Shown here in pieces: positions 29,720 to 39,743 of a stretch of DNA of 64,000 nucleotides; the first letter of the stretch is position 1, and each line of letters begins with the position of its first letter. The DNA lies in assembly GCA_001805445.1 (NCBI GenBank), contig MHGF01000003.1, positions 120,429 to 184,428 on the forward strand, given 5' to 3'. The DNA is from Omnitrophica WOR_2 bacterium GWF2_43_52 (GTDB taxonomy: Bacteria > Omnitrophota > Gorgyraeia > Gygaellales > UBA12090). The notes below the pieces were generated by a model. It saw nothing but the letters and a program-made list of their open reading frames with translations, was not told the DNA's origin and ran no database searches. Made by a program: the position numbers and the translations under genes.

Positions 29720-30697
29720 ATGGAAAAAACGCTCATATTAAAAAATTCCTCTGAGGCACACGGCCTCTTAGGGACACGGGACGAACATATTCCTCTGCTT
29801 GAAAATTCTTTCAGGATAAAAATACTCTTGCGGGGAGAAACCCTAAGAGTTACCGGCGGCGCGAAAAACCTCAAAGCGGCGTTTCTGTTAATAGAGCATC
29901 TGCTATCTGACATTCGCTCGGGAAGGCTCATCGCGAAGGAAGAACTCCACAATCTGATTTATTCCTTTAAAAATAAAAAAACTACGATAGATGATAAAGA
30001 TGAAACTAAAAAAATACCCCCCAAAGAACAGGTAGATATAGGATTTTCTTTTAAGGGAAAAAGTATAGGGCCGCGAGGCCCCGCTCAACGCAACTACCTT
30101 CAGGCAATCAAGGACTATGACATAGTCTTCGCGATAGGGCCTGCCGGCACAGGCAAGACATACCTAGCAATGGCAATGGCTGTTGAAGCCTTACGCAAAG
30201 GCTATGTGCGCAGAATCATCCTTACCCGTCCCGCGATTGAAGCCGGCGAATCATTAGGATATCTTCCCGGAACACTGTATGAAAAAATACTGCCGTATCT
30301 CCGGCCGCTCTATGACGCCCTCTACGATATGATGGAGGCAGAACAAATAGAAAAATACATTGAAATGGGGACTATTGAGGTTGCCCCTCTGGCATATATG
30401 CGGGGAAGGACACTCAATGATGCCTTTGTTATACTCGATGAAGCGCAAAACTGCACGGTAGAGCAATTAAAGATGTTTCTTACCCGGCTAGGATTTGATT
30501 CAAAGACCGTGATCACCGGAGATCTTACCCAAAGCGACCTGCCCGGCGGTAAGCCTGTAGGATTATTCCTAGCACTTGATATATTAAAAGCCATTAAAGG
30601 GATACAATGTATCAGCTTTAGCGGTAAGGATGTCGTCAGGCATGAACTTGTCCAGAGGATAATCGCAGCCTATGAAAAATTATCAACAGCACGCTAA
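29720..30697 (+). CDS. phoH: PhoH family protein
   Basis: GPAGTGKTYLA, LTRPAIEAGE, PLAYMRGRTL, DVVRH. Confidence 0.95.
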   Translation: MEKTLILKNSSEAHGLLGTRDEHIPLLENSFRIKILLRGETLRVTGGAKNLKAAFLLIEHLLSDIRSGRLIAKEELHNLIYSFKNKKTTIDDKDETKKIPPKEQVDIGFSFKGKSIGPRGPAQRNYLQAIKDYDIVFAIGPAGTGKTYLAMAMAVEALRKGYVRRIILTRPAIEAGESLGYLPGTLYEKILPYLRPLYDALYDMMEAEQIEKYIEMGTIEVAPLAYMRGRTLNDAFVILDEAQNCTVEQLKMFLTRLGFDSKTVITGDLTQSDLPGGKPVGLFLALDILKAIKGIQCISFSGKDVVRHELVQRIIAAYEKLSTAR

Positions 30698-32093
30698 GAA
30701 TGCCCTGACGCAGCAACTCTTTCCAAAAACCGCACGTAACGTTATTTCTGCGATTTCGCCGCACCTCTCTAAGCTTTACTTTCTAGCCTTTGCTTTGCTA
30801 ATCATTCTTTTAGTGCCGCTCATCGCCTTACCATTGGCAAGCGCCTTTCTTATTATCAGTGTGGTGTTATATGTGGCATCTTCAAAAGACATGCTCCCCG
30901 CAATCAAAAAGCAAGGATATTTACTGCTGGTCCTGCTTTTTATTGTTTTCGTCATTATCAGCAAAAAATTAATTGATTACTATATCAGCACGGCATATAT
31001 CCCCGTTACCGCGCTCATACTCCTCGTCGCCATATTATATAATGACCTAAGGCTGTCTTTTGTATTCTGCGTGCTGGCATCCTGCTTCGCGGGGATTATC
31101 GCCAATAATTCTTTAGACACATGCCTCATATTTCTGATTACCGGAATCACTACCGCGCTCTTAGTCAGAAAGATACGTTCCAGAATCCGCATACTCACTG
31201 CCGGGCTTTGCGCGGGATTAGTGCAGGCTTTGCTTTTTGGGCTCATGTACCATCAAACGCTTCCGGGAATCATTGTGCCTAACTTTTTTAGCGGTATTAT
31301 CTGTGCCATAGCAGTCACGGGCATATTACCTCTGATTGAAAACTGGTTTGGAATACTGACGAATATCAGCCTTTTAGAGCTCTCAGACTTTAACCATCCG
31401 CTTCTTAGGAAAATGGTCCTTGAAACGCCGGGGACACACCTGCACAGCCTGATTGTCGGTAACCTCGCGGAGGCAGCCGCAGAAAGCATCGGCGCGAATT
31501 CTTTGCTTGCGCGTATCGGTGCCTATTACCACGATATCGGAAAACTGAGTAACCCGGAATACTTCGTAGAGAACCAAAAGGCCTCAAGCAAACATTCTCA
31601 TCTAAGCCCTTCTATGAGCAAAATGGTCATTATGAACCACATTAAGGAAGGGATTGAGCTAGCCAAGAAATACAGATTAAAGCCGGCAATTATTGATTTT
31701 ATCAGCCAACACCACGGCACAAGCTTAGTGTATTATTTCTACCGCAAAGCGATTGAGGCAGGTGAAGGGCTGGAAGAAATTCAAGAGGAGGGATTCCGCT
31801 ATCCGGGGCCGCGGCCAACCTCAAAAGAAACGGCAATCGTACTCCTGGCAGATTCCGCGGAGGCTGCCTGCAGGGTGCTTGCCGAGCCACAACCGGCAAA
31901 AATCGAAGAAATGGTCCACAAGGTAATCAATAATAAATTTATTGACGGCCAGCTTAATGACTGCGAGCTAACCTTAAAGGATCTTGAGAGAATCGCGAAA
32001 GTATTTATCCATATTTTAAGCGGATTTTATCATGGCAGGATTGAATACCCTGAACTATCAAAAAAAGAAAATCATCATAAGAAACACGGCTAA
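30672..32093 (+). CDS. Membrane HDIG-domain phosphohydrolase (PgpH-like, no large extracellular domain)
   Basis: Multiple TMs, LLELSD.NHPLL, YYHDIGK, QHHGT, FRYPGP.P, LAD; between phoH and ybeY. Confidence 0.9.
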   Translation: MKNYQQHAKNALTQQLFPKTARNVISAISPHLSKLYFLAFALLIILLVPLIALPLASAFLIISVVLYVASSKDMLPAIKKQGYLLLVLLFIVFVIISKKLIDYYISTAYIPVTALILLVAILYNDLRLSFVFCVLASCFAGIIANNSLDTCLIFLITGITTALLVRKIRSRIRILTAGLCAGLVQALLFGLMYHQTLPGIIVPNFFSGIICAIAVTGILPLIENWFGILTNISLLELSDFNHPLLRKMVLETPGTHLHSLIVGNLAEAAAESIGANSLLARIGAYYHDIGKLSNPEYFVENQKASSKHSHLSPSMSKMVIMNHIKEGIELAKKYRLKPAIIDFISQHHGTSLVYYFYRKAIEAGEGLEEIQEEGFRYPGPRPTSKETAIVLLADSAEAACRVLAEPQPAKIEEMVHKVINNKFIDGQLNDCELTLKDLERIAKVFIHILSGFYHGRIEYPELSKKENHHKKHG

Positions 32094-32487
32094 CCAGCGC
32101 TTACCGCTAAGCCGCGACACGATAGAAAACATCGCCGCTAAGCTTAAAATCAGCCTGCGCGGGGCTAGAAGTTTAACCTTAGGGATAAGCTTTTTAAGCG
32201 ATAAACAGATACGGCAGCTTAATAAAAAATACCTTATGCGCAACAGGCCAACAGATGTCTTGTCATTTGACTATACCGGCCAGGAAGCCGCGGATATCGC
32301 AATCTCCTTAGACACGGCAAAAAGGAATGCCAAAATTTACAGGACATCATATAAGGACGAACTCATCCTATACCTTATCCATGGATTCCTGCATCTGGCC
32401 GGCTATGACGATACCTCCCCATGGGCAAAAAGACGCATGTTCTCAAAACAAGAAACACTTTTTTATGAAATGACACGAACTCAGTAA
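32032..32487 (+). CDS. ybeY: rRNA maturation endoribonuclease YbeY
   Basis: PTDVLSF, IHGFLHLAGYDD; start uncertain. Confidence 0.92.
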   Translation: MAGLNTLNYQKKKIIIRNTANQRLPLSRDTIENIAAKLKISLRGARSLTLGISFLSDKQIRQLNKKYLMRNRPTDVLSFDYTGQEAADIAISLDTAKRNAKIYRTSYKDELILYLIHGFLHLAGYDDTSPWAKRRMFSKQETLFYEMTRTQ

Positions 32488-32586
32488 CAGTTCAGCTCTT
32501 GGAAGTGTCCGTCGGTGTCATTGCGGGCCGCCGAAGGCGGAGAAGCAATCTTATAAAGAGAATGCTTCCGAGGGATGAACTGTTAC
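32484..32586. mobile_element. MITE (103 bp) with 8-bp target-site duplication CGAACTCA
   Basis: Ends gtaacagttca / tgaactgttac; CGAACTCA at 32476-32483 and 32587-32594. Confidence 0.9.
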
Positions 32587-32610
32587 CGAACTCACTAATC
32601 GCTACCCATC

Positions 32611-33357
32611 ATGGCTATTCTTAAAACAGAGGCACTTATCTTAAAAACTTTCGATTTCAGGGAAACAAGCATGATTGCCCATTTCTTTTCTAAGGACTAC
32701 GGCAGGATTGACGGGATACTCAAAGGTATCCGTAAAGATCCCAAAAAATTCGCCTCGCGCCTTGAGCCTTTCTCAACGAATGAAATCGTCTTTTATCAAG
32801 CGCGTTCATCCGGGCTCCACCTGATTTCCCAATGCGACCTCATAGAAAATTTTAACCATATCCGCGCGGAATTAAAATCCATAGCTTTTTCCTCTTATCT
32901 TATTGACCTTCTCGGCCACCTTATGCCGCACGAAGAGAAGAATGAGCAGGTATACACCTTGGCAAATGCCGCCTTAAGGCACATGAATTCCGGAGCTGAC
33001 ACAGAAAAGGTAGTCCGCGTATTTATCATCAAATTTTTAAAAATAATCGGCTTCCGCCCGCGCCTTGACAGCTGCAGTATCTGCGATAAGAATATAGCAG
33101 CTATGGCGTTTTTTAATATCAAGCGAGGAGGCCTGGTATGCCCGCTCTGTGCCAGAGTTGACAATCACTCTGCCGGTGTCTTTAAAGGAACTATCGCCTC
33201 AATTCTCCATATGGAACAAAGCGGCTGGCAGGATGCCTTACGTTTGGGGCTGACAGGAAAAATCAAGGAAGAGCTCAATTACATACTCCACAATTTTATC
33301 GAATTTCACCTGCAGATTAAACCTAAATCGAGAGAGTTTATGGAGTTACTGTCCTAA
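32611..33357 (+). CDS. recO: DNA repair protein RecO
   Basis: LILKTFDFRETS, LEPFS, GFRPRLDSC..C, GGLVC..C. Confidence 0.93.
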   Translation: MAILKTEALILKTFDFRETSMIAHFFSKDYGRIDGILKGIRKDPKKFASRLEPFSTNEIVFYQARSSGLHLISQCDLIENFNHIRAELKSIAFSSYLIDLLGHLMPHEEKNEQVYTLANAALRHMNSGADTEKVVRVFIIKFLKIIGFRPRLDSCSICDKNIAAMAFFNIKRGGLVCPLCARVDNHSAGVFKGTIASILHMEQSGWQDALRLGLTGKIKEELNYILHNFIEFHLQIKPKSREFMELLS

Positions 33358-33368
33358 AGAGGTGTACT

Positions 33369-34307
33369 ATGAAAATCGCGTTCATTGGCCCAGGGGCAAT
33401 AGGCTGCCTTTTGGCAGGTTTTTTATCTAAAAGCAAAGAAGAAATCTGGCTTCTGGATAAACATCAGGCGCGGGCAAAGAAAATCAGGGAGCAAGGAATA
33501 AAAATCGAAGGGATTTCAGGCGCCTGGCAGGCAAAGGTTAACATCACTTCCGAAGCAAAGGAAATCGGCCCCTGCAACCTCATCATTATCACGGTAAAAT
33601 CCTACGACACCAAAGACGCCCTGCTTACTATAAAACCTTTATTGAGTGATACTACCTTAATTCTCACCCTGCAAAACGGCTTAGGAAACGTAGAAATTAT
33701 TTCCGAGGTAGTCGGCCAGGAAAGGGTGTTAGGAGGCATTACTAATCAAGGGGCAACAGCATTAGGCCCCGGATGGGTAAAGCACGCCGGCAAAGGAGAA
33801 ACTATTATCGGGCGCTTAGATGGAAGAATCCCCGTAGAGCTGCGCGCCCTCAGGGAGCTTTGCAACAAAGCCGGTATTGAAACCAGGATTTCAAAAGATA
33901 TAAAATCATTTTTATGGTCTAAATTAATTATCAATGTCGGTATCAATGCCCTTAGCGCTATTACCCATCTAAAAAATGGCAGGCTCATTGAGTTTGAGCC
34001 AACACGCAAGATTCTTGAAGACGCCGTAAACGAAGCAATCAGGGTAGTAAAGAGAAAACGAATAAAACTCATCTATGACGACCCTCTCTCAAAAGTAGTA
34101 GCGGTTTGCGTTGCCACCAGCAATAACATCTCCAGCATGCTGCAGGACGTCTTAAAGCAAAAACGCACCGAAATAGATTTCATTAACGGTGTGATCATCA
34201 GGCAGGCGCAGGGCTTAGGATTAGCGGTACCGGTGAATACTATCTTGACCAACCTGGTCAAAACAATAGAGTCAAGTTACGCGCTACAGATACGAACTAA
34301 CGGCTAA
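33369..34307 (+). CDS. panE: 2-dehydropantoate 2-reductase
   Basis: GPGAIG, VKSYDT, LQNGLG, WSKLIIN, SSMLQD...TEIDFING. Confidence 0.93.
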   Translation: MKIAFIGPGAIGCLLAGFLSKSKEEIWLLDKHQARAKKIREQGIKIEGISGAWQAKVNITSEAKEIGPCNLIIITVKSYDTKDALLTIKPLLSDTTLILTLQNGLGNVEIISEVVGQERVLGGITNQGATALGPGWVKHAGKGETIIGRLDGRIPVELRALRELCNKAGIETRISKDIKSFLWSKLIINVGINALSAITHLKNGRLIEFEPTRKILEDAVNEAIRVVKRKRIKLIYDDPLSKVVAVCVATSNNISSMLQDVLKQKRTEIDFINGVIIRQAQGLGLAVPVNTILTNLVKTIESSYALQIRTNG

Positions 34308-34318
34308 TTTTTGAAACC

Positions 34319-34759
34319 ATGAAACCCCACTACCATTTCATAGCGACACTAGCCATAAGCGGCATTCTCTATGGTTACTACCGTTGCCTATCCTGCGGCG
34401 TAATATCATTTATTGCCGGATTCCTTATCGATATAGACCATGTGATTGACTATTATCTGCACCAAGGAATTAACCTAAACCTTAGGCGTTTTTTGCGTTT
34501 TTGCTACGAACACCAATTTGAATATTTAAGCGTTATCTTTCACTCATTTGAATTACTCATCTTGCTCTGGGGAGCGATTGCCGTTTTGAAGCTGGGGCCA
34601 TTTTGGATTTCTCTTGCAATCGGCATGAGCCAACATATGCTTTTTGACCTGGTTCTTAATGCTAAAGAATTAAAAACACATTATTTCTATTTCTTTTCAA
34701 TACGGGCATTAAAAGGATTTCGCGTAAAGGAATTTCTGGCTAGAGCTAAGCTAAAATAA
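34319..34759 (+). CDS. Small membrane protein, possible metal-dependent hydrolase
   Basis: TM segments with H..H, DIDH, FHS and H..FD motifs. Confidence 0.6.
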   Translation: MKPHYHFIATLAISGILYGYYRCLSCGVISFIAGFLIDIDHVIDYYLHQGINLNLRRFLRFCYEHQFEYLSVIFHSFELLILLWGAIAVLKLGPFWISLAIGMSQHMLFDLVLNAKELKTHYFYFFSIRALKGFRVKEFLARAKLK

Positions 34760-34761
34760 CT

Positions 34762-36483
34762 ATGATTACAAGCCTTATCGCGGGAATCTTCCGTGAGATT
34801 GCTAAAATTCTGGAGCTCAAAGGAGAAAATGTCTTCAGAATCCGCGCCTATGAACGGGCAGCGCAGAATATTGAGTCTCTAAGTGAAGATATCCAAGATA
34901 TCATTAATGAAAACAGGCTCACCGAAATACCAGGGATAGGCAAGGATTTAGCGGAGAAAATCGTGGAAATCGCCACAACAGGAAAACTATCATTTTTAGA
35001 AGATATGCGGCGTTCCCTACCACCAGGAATGGTAGGCTTATTGGCCATACCCTCTGTCGGCCCTAAACACGCGAAATTGTTTTATGAAAAGCTCGGCATA
35101 AAAAATAGTGCTGAACTGGAAAAGGCCTGCCGGGAGAAAAAACTTTTGGAATTAAGCGGAATTAAAGAGAAAACCATCGAAAACATATTACAAGGCATCG
35201 CATTGGTTAAAAAAGGCAGGGAGCGCATGGATCTTGGCACGGCACTTACCGTCGCCAACGAATTTATCGCTGCTTTAAAAAATGCCACAAGAATTACTCA
35301 GCTTGCGGTCTGCGGGTCTTTACGCAGGATGAAAGAGACAATCCGCGATATTGATATCCTGGTAAGCTCCCCAAACCCTCAAAAGATAATGGAGGCGCTC
35401 GCGAAATTACCTCAGATAAAAGATAGTACCGCTCAAGGCGAAACGAAAGCGTCGGTAATTACGCAAGAAGGAACTCAGGTGGATATAAGGGTTGTCAAAG
35501 AAAAAAGCTACGGCGCGGCACTTGTTTATTTCACGGGTTCAAAGAATTTCAATATCAAGATACGCCAGCGTGCCATGAAATATGGCCTTAAGGTAAATGA
35601 ATATGGGGTATTTAGAATCAAAAACGGAAAAGAGAAATACATAAGCGGCAAAACAGAAGAGGCGGTCTTTAAAAGCTTGGGGCTCTCATATATCGAGCCC
35701 GAACTGCGTGAGGATGCGGGAGAAATCGAATTAGCAGCCACACATAGGCTTCCTCAGTTACTTACCCTCGCTGATATCAAAGGAGACTTTCATGCCCACT
35801 CACGCTATTCTGACGGCCACAACAGCATTGCCGAAATGGCGCAGTGTGCTAAAGGCTTAGGCTACGAATACATTACTATCAGCGACCACTCGCAAGGGCT
35901 TACAATAGCCAAAGGGCTAACGCTTGCGGACCTAAAAAAGAAAAAAATGGAAATAGAAAACCTGAATAAAACACTCAAGGTTTGCAAGGTGCTTTTTGGC
36001 TCAGAAGTTGATATAGATTCACAGGGAAGGCTAGATTATCCTGATACTGTTTTAGCGGATTTTGATATCGTGGTCGCGGCAATTCACACAGGGTTTAAAC
36101 AATCAAAAAAACAGATTACCAAACGGCTGCTTGCTGCCTGCAAAAATGAGTATGTTGATATTATCGCCCATCCCACAGGAAGGCTTTGGGGCACACGTGA
36201 TGCTTATGAAGCGGACTTTGACGATATTTTTAGGGCAGCCTCAGATTACGGCACAGCGCTGGAAATTAATGCCTATCCGTTACGCCTTGACTTAAATGAC
36301 ACCTATTGCCGGCAGGCCAAAAAAGCAGGCGCCAGATTAGCCATCTCTACCGATGCCCATGCGGTATCTCAGTTACAGGCGATGCATTTAGGCGTGGCAA
36401 CGGCGCGGCGCGGCTGGTTAACAAAAAACGATGTTTTAAACAGCCTCTCTTATGGTGAACTAATAAAAACCCTAAAGCATTAA
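34762..36483 (+). CDS. polX: DNA polymerase/3'-5' exonuclease PolX
   Basis: FRIRAY, GSLRR.KETIRDIDIL, YFTGSK, PHP domain HAHS..SDG. Confidence 0.96.
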   Translation: MITSLIAGIFREIAKILELKGENVFRIRAYERAAQNIESLSEDIQDIINENRLTEIPGIGKDLAEKIVEIATTGKLSFLEDMRRSLPPGMVGLLAIPSVGPKHAKLFYEKLGIKNSAELEKACREKKLLELSGIKEKTIENILQGIALVKKGRERMDLGTALTVANEFIAALKNATRITQLAVCGSLRRMKETIRDIDILVSSPNPQKIMEALAKLPQIKDSTAQGETKASVITQEGTQVDIRVVKEKSYGAALVYFTGSKNFNIKIRQRAMKYGLKVNEYGVFRIKNGKEKYISGKTEEAVFKSLGLSYIEPELREDAGEIELAATHRLPQLLTLADIKGDFHAHSRYSDGHNSIAEMAQCAKGLGYEYITISDHSQGLTIAKGLTLADLKKKKMEIENLNKTLKVCKVLFGSEVDIDSQGRLDYPDTVLADFDIVVAAIHTGFKQSKKQITKRLLAACKNEYVDIIAHPTGRLWGTRDAYEADFDDIFRAASDYGTALEINAYPLRLDLNDTYCRQAKKAGARLAISTDAHAVSQLQAMHLGVATARRGWLTKNDVLNSLSYGELIKTLKH

Positions 36484-36494
36484 TACTATCAAAA

Positions 36495-36540
36495 CTAGTA
36501 CACCGTTAAATTAGTTTTTATTAGTGTGACGGTGTACTAA
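36495..36540. mobile_element. Short CTAGTACACCGT-type inverted-repeat element
   Basis: ctagtacaccgttaa...tgacggtgtactaa. Confidence 0.65.
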
Positions 36541-36565
36541 AAGGGGTATACGGAGCACTAACACA

Positions 36566-37411
36566 ATGTTTCGCATTATTAAAAAAGAAACTATGGCTCA
36601 AGGAATTACCGCGCTTACCATTACTGCCCCGGAAATAGCTGCCAAAGCAAAAGCAGGGCACTTTGTCGTTGTGGTAGCAAAAGAAAATTCAGAGCGCATC
36701 CCTTTAACCATAGCCAATACCGATAAAACAGCTGGCGACATTACCCTAATCTTTCAGGAAGTTGGTTTTTCAACCAAAGAATTAGGCTTGCTGAATGTTG
36801 GGGAGCACCTAGAACATCTCTTAGGCCCCTTAGGAACCGCGACCCATATTGAAAATTACGGAACGGTAATTTGTATCGGCGGCGGCGTGGGCATTGCCGA
36901 GGTTTGGCCAGTGGCAAAGGCTATGAAAGAAGCAGGGAACAGGGTTATCGGCATACTCGGGGCGCGTTCACGAGATTACATAATTTTGGAAGATCAATTA
37001 TCTCTGATATGCGGCGAATTATTTATTACTACCGATGACGCCTCTTACGGCAGAAAGGGGCTGGTTACCGATAGCCTCAGAGGCCTTTTACAAGCAGTAG
37101 AAAAATCAACGCATACCCAGTATCCTGAGCTCGTCTATGCCGTAGGCCCTGTGGTTATGATGAAGGCAGTCTCTGAGCTGACGAAAGAATATCATATAAA
37201 AACCATGGTAAGCCTCAATCCCATAATGCTTGATGGTACAGGGATGTGCGGTTCCTGCAGAGTAAGCGTGGCAGGCAAAGTGATGTTCGCTTGTGTTGAC
37301 GGCCCTGAGTTTGACGGCCACCTGGTAGATTTCCTTGAGCTTCAGAAACGCCTCAACTCGTTCAAAGAAAAAGAGGCTTGCTTAAATATTGCCTGTCCTA
37401 GAAAAACCTAA
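36566..37411 (+). CDS. nfnA: NfnA/SudB-like FAD/NAD-binding [2Fe-2S] subunit
   Basis: ERIPLT, GPLG, GGGVGIA, DGTGMCGSCRV, ACVDGPEFD. Confidence 0.9.
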   Translation: MFRIIKKETMAQGITALTITAPEIAAKAKAGHFVVVVAKENSERIPLTIANTDKTAGDITLIFQEVGFSTKELGLLNVGEHLEHLLGPLGTATHIENYGTVICIGGGVGIAEVWPVAKAMKEAGNRVIGILGARSRDYIILEDQLSLICGELFITTDDASYGRKGLVTDSLRGLLQAVEKSTHTQYPELVYAVGPVVMMKAVSELTKEYHIKTMVSLNPIMLDGTGMCGSCRVSVAGKVMFACVDGPEFDGHLVDFLELQKRLNSFKEKEACLNIACPRKT

Positions 37412-37426
37412 GATGCGATAAGTTAT

Positions 37427-37467
37427 TCTCAACCCCCGAGGTGTGGTACACACCTCGGGGGTTGAGA
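37427..37467. repeat. REP-like hairpin (19-bp stem) between nfnA and nfnB
   Basis: tctcaacccccgaggtgtg-gta-cacacctcgggggttgaga. Confidence 0.8.
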
Positions 37468-37489
37468 TAGGTTGGAGTTGGATTTTACT

Positions 37490-39700
37490 ATGCCTATGCG
37501 CCAGCAAAACCCACAGGAACGGATCAGAAACTTTTTTGAAGTAGCTCTTGGCTATTCCAAGGAAGACGCCCAAAAAGAAGCAGAGCGCTGCCTGCTCTGC
37601 AAAGAGCCCCTCTGCGTCCAAGGCTGCCCCGTTGAAATTGATATTCCGGCATTTATAAAGCTTTTACGTGAAGATAAGCCTCAAGAAGCACTCTCAAAAA
37701 TCAAGGAAAAAAATAACCTCCCCGCGGTCTGCGGCAGAGTCTGCCCACAGGAGGACCAATGCGAGGGAAGGTGCATTTTAAATAAGAAAAAAGTACCCAT
37801 CAATATCGGCGCCCTGGAACGCTACGCGGCGGATTATGGAAAAGTCCACAGTCAAAAAGGGCTATCGGCTAGTGACCATAGACTATCGATAAAAATCGCT
37901 GTCGTCGGCTCAGGGCCTGCGGGCTTGACAGCAGCCGCGGATCTTGCTAAAATGCGATATTCTGTTACGCTCTTTGAATCACTTCATGTTCCCGGCGGAG
38001 TCCTTAGCTATGGAATCCCGGAATTCCGCCTGCCCAAAGAAATTGTCCATGAGGAAATCGCCGCTATTAAGAATTTAGGCGTAGAATTAAAAACCGATAT
38101 TTTAATCGGAAAAACCTTTAGCCTTGTTGATCTTTTTGAGGCAGGATACAAAGCAATTTTTTTAGGGCTTGGGGCGGGGCTTCCTCAATTCATGGGAATC
38201 CCCGGTGAAAACTTAGACAGGGTTTATTCCGCCAATGAATTCCTCACCAGGGTAAACTTGATGCGGGCGTATAAGTTTCCCGAATTTAAAACACCTGTAT
38301 CCATAGGCAAAAAAATAGCGGTCATTGGTGGAGGGAACGTTGCCTTTGACAGTGCGCGCTGTGGCGCGCGTTTAGGAAGCCAGGTCAGCATTATCTATCG
38401 CCGCGGCGAAGCCGAAATGCCCGCGAGGCATGAGGAAATACAAAATGCGAAAGAAGAAGGAATAACCTTTCAATTGCTTACCCAGCCCGTAAAAATCATC
38501 GGGCTTGATACAGGCTTTGTAAGCGGTGTGGAATGCGTCAAAATGCAGCTTGGAGATCCTGACAGCTCAGGAAGGAGAAGGCCTGTCGCTATAGCAGGGT
38601 CCAATTTTGTTTTAGACGCGGATACGGTGATTATCGCGATCGGACAAACTCCCAATCCGCTTTTAGCAAAAGTTACTCCGGAATTAAAAACAACGCCGCG
38701 GGGAACCGTTATCATAGATAAAAACTATATGACATCAATACACGGGGTATTCGCCGGCGGGGATATTACTACCGGCGCCGACACCGTCATCGCCGCAATG
38801 GGCGCGGGGAAAAGGGCTGCCCGCGCGATAGACCACTATATAAAGAAAGTAGAGAGTAGAATGGCTGAGATAAAAAAAACGACGATACAGGATATACTTT
38901 CATTAAAGAACAAACGTAAAATCACCATGCTTACTGCCTATGATTATCCTCTTGCCTTATTGGTGGACAGGGCAGGCATAGATATGATACTCGTGGGAGA
39001 TTCCCTTGCCAATGTAGTCCTGGGATTAGACTCAACCACCAAAGTGGGAATGAACGAAATGCTGCATCATGCCAAGGCGGTAAGCCGCGCGGTAACACAC
39101 AGTTTAGTTATTGGCGATATGCCGTATGAATCATATCAGCTCAACCCCGGCAAAACAGTAGAAAATGCCAAGCGCTTTATTGAAGAAGCGCGCTGTGACT
39201 GCGTAAAATTGGAATGGTTTGATCAATGCCTTGAGGTAACAGAGAAAACCATTTCTTCAGGCGTTTCAGTCATGGGGCACATTGGCTTAACTCCGCAAAC
39301 AGCGGATAAACTCGGAGGTTTTAAAGTCCAGGGAAAAGACGCCCAAGCAGCCCAAAAACTTATTGACCAAGCGCGGGCATTAGAAAACGCGGGATGCTTT
39401 GCCATTGTCTTAGAATGTGTCCCTGACAAAATAGCCGAAATCATTACCCAAAAACTCACCATCCCTACGATAGGTATCGGAGCAGGCATGAGCTGTGACG
39501 GCCAGGTCCTTGTTACCCATGATATGCTCGGCCTCTTTGAAAGATTCACCCCTAAATTCGTTAAAAAATACCTTGATCTTGGCCCCTTGATACTCAAAGC
39601 CATTGAAGAATATAAGAACGACGTCCTGCAGAAAAGGTTTCCGGGCCAGGAACATAGTTTCAGCATAAAAAACGAAGAACTTATAAAACTAAAAACATGA
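37490..39700 (+). CDS. NfnB/GltD-like oxidoreductase fused in frame to PanB (3-methyl-2-oxobutanoate hydroxymethyltransferase)
   Basis: EAERCLLC..CP, CGRVCPQE.QCE, GSGPAGL, GGGNVA; from 38861: TMLTAYD, ILVGDS, HIGLTPQ, GIGAG..CDGQVLV. Confidence 0.88.
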   Translation: MPMRQQNPQERIRNFFEVALGYSKEDAQKEAERCLLCKEPLCVQGCPVEIDIPAFIKLLREDKPQEALSKIKEKNNLPAVCGRVCPQEDQCEGRCILNKKKVPINIGALERYAADYGKVHSQKGLSASDHRLSIKIAVVGSGPAGLTAAADLAKMRYSVTLFESLHVPGGVLSYGIPEFRLPKEIVHEEIAAIKNLGVELKTDILIGKTFSLVDLFEAGYKAIFLGLGAGLPQFMGIPGENLDRVYSANEFLTRVNLMRAYKFPEFKTPVSIGKKIAVIGGGNVAFDSARCGARLGSQVSIIYRRGEAEMPARHEEIQNAKEEGITFQLLTQPVKIIGLDTGFVSGVECVKMQLGDPDSSGRRRPVAIAGSNFVLDADTVIIAIGQTPNPLLAKVTPELKTTPRGTVIIDKNYMTSIHGVFAGGDITTGADTVIAAMGAGKRAARAIDHYIKKVESRMAEIKKTTIQDILSLKNKRKITMLTAYDYPLALLVDRAGIDMILVGDSLANVVLGLDSTTKVGMNEMLHHAKAVSRAVTHSLVIGDMPYESYQLNPGKTVENAKRFIEEARCDCVKLEWFDQCLEVTEKTISSGVSVMGHIGLTPQTADKLGGFKVQGKDAQAAQKLIDQARALENAGCFAIVLECVPDKIAEIITQKLTIPTIGIGAGMSCDGQVLVTHDMLGLFERFTPKFVKKYLDLGPLILKAIEEYKNDVLQKRFPGQEHSFSIKNEELIKLKT

Positions 39701-39743
39701 TAGCAACACCTTCTCGATTCCGCGCAATTCCTAAAAAGGAGGA

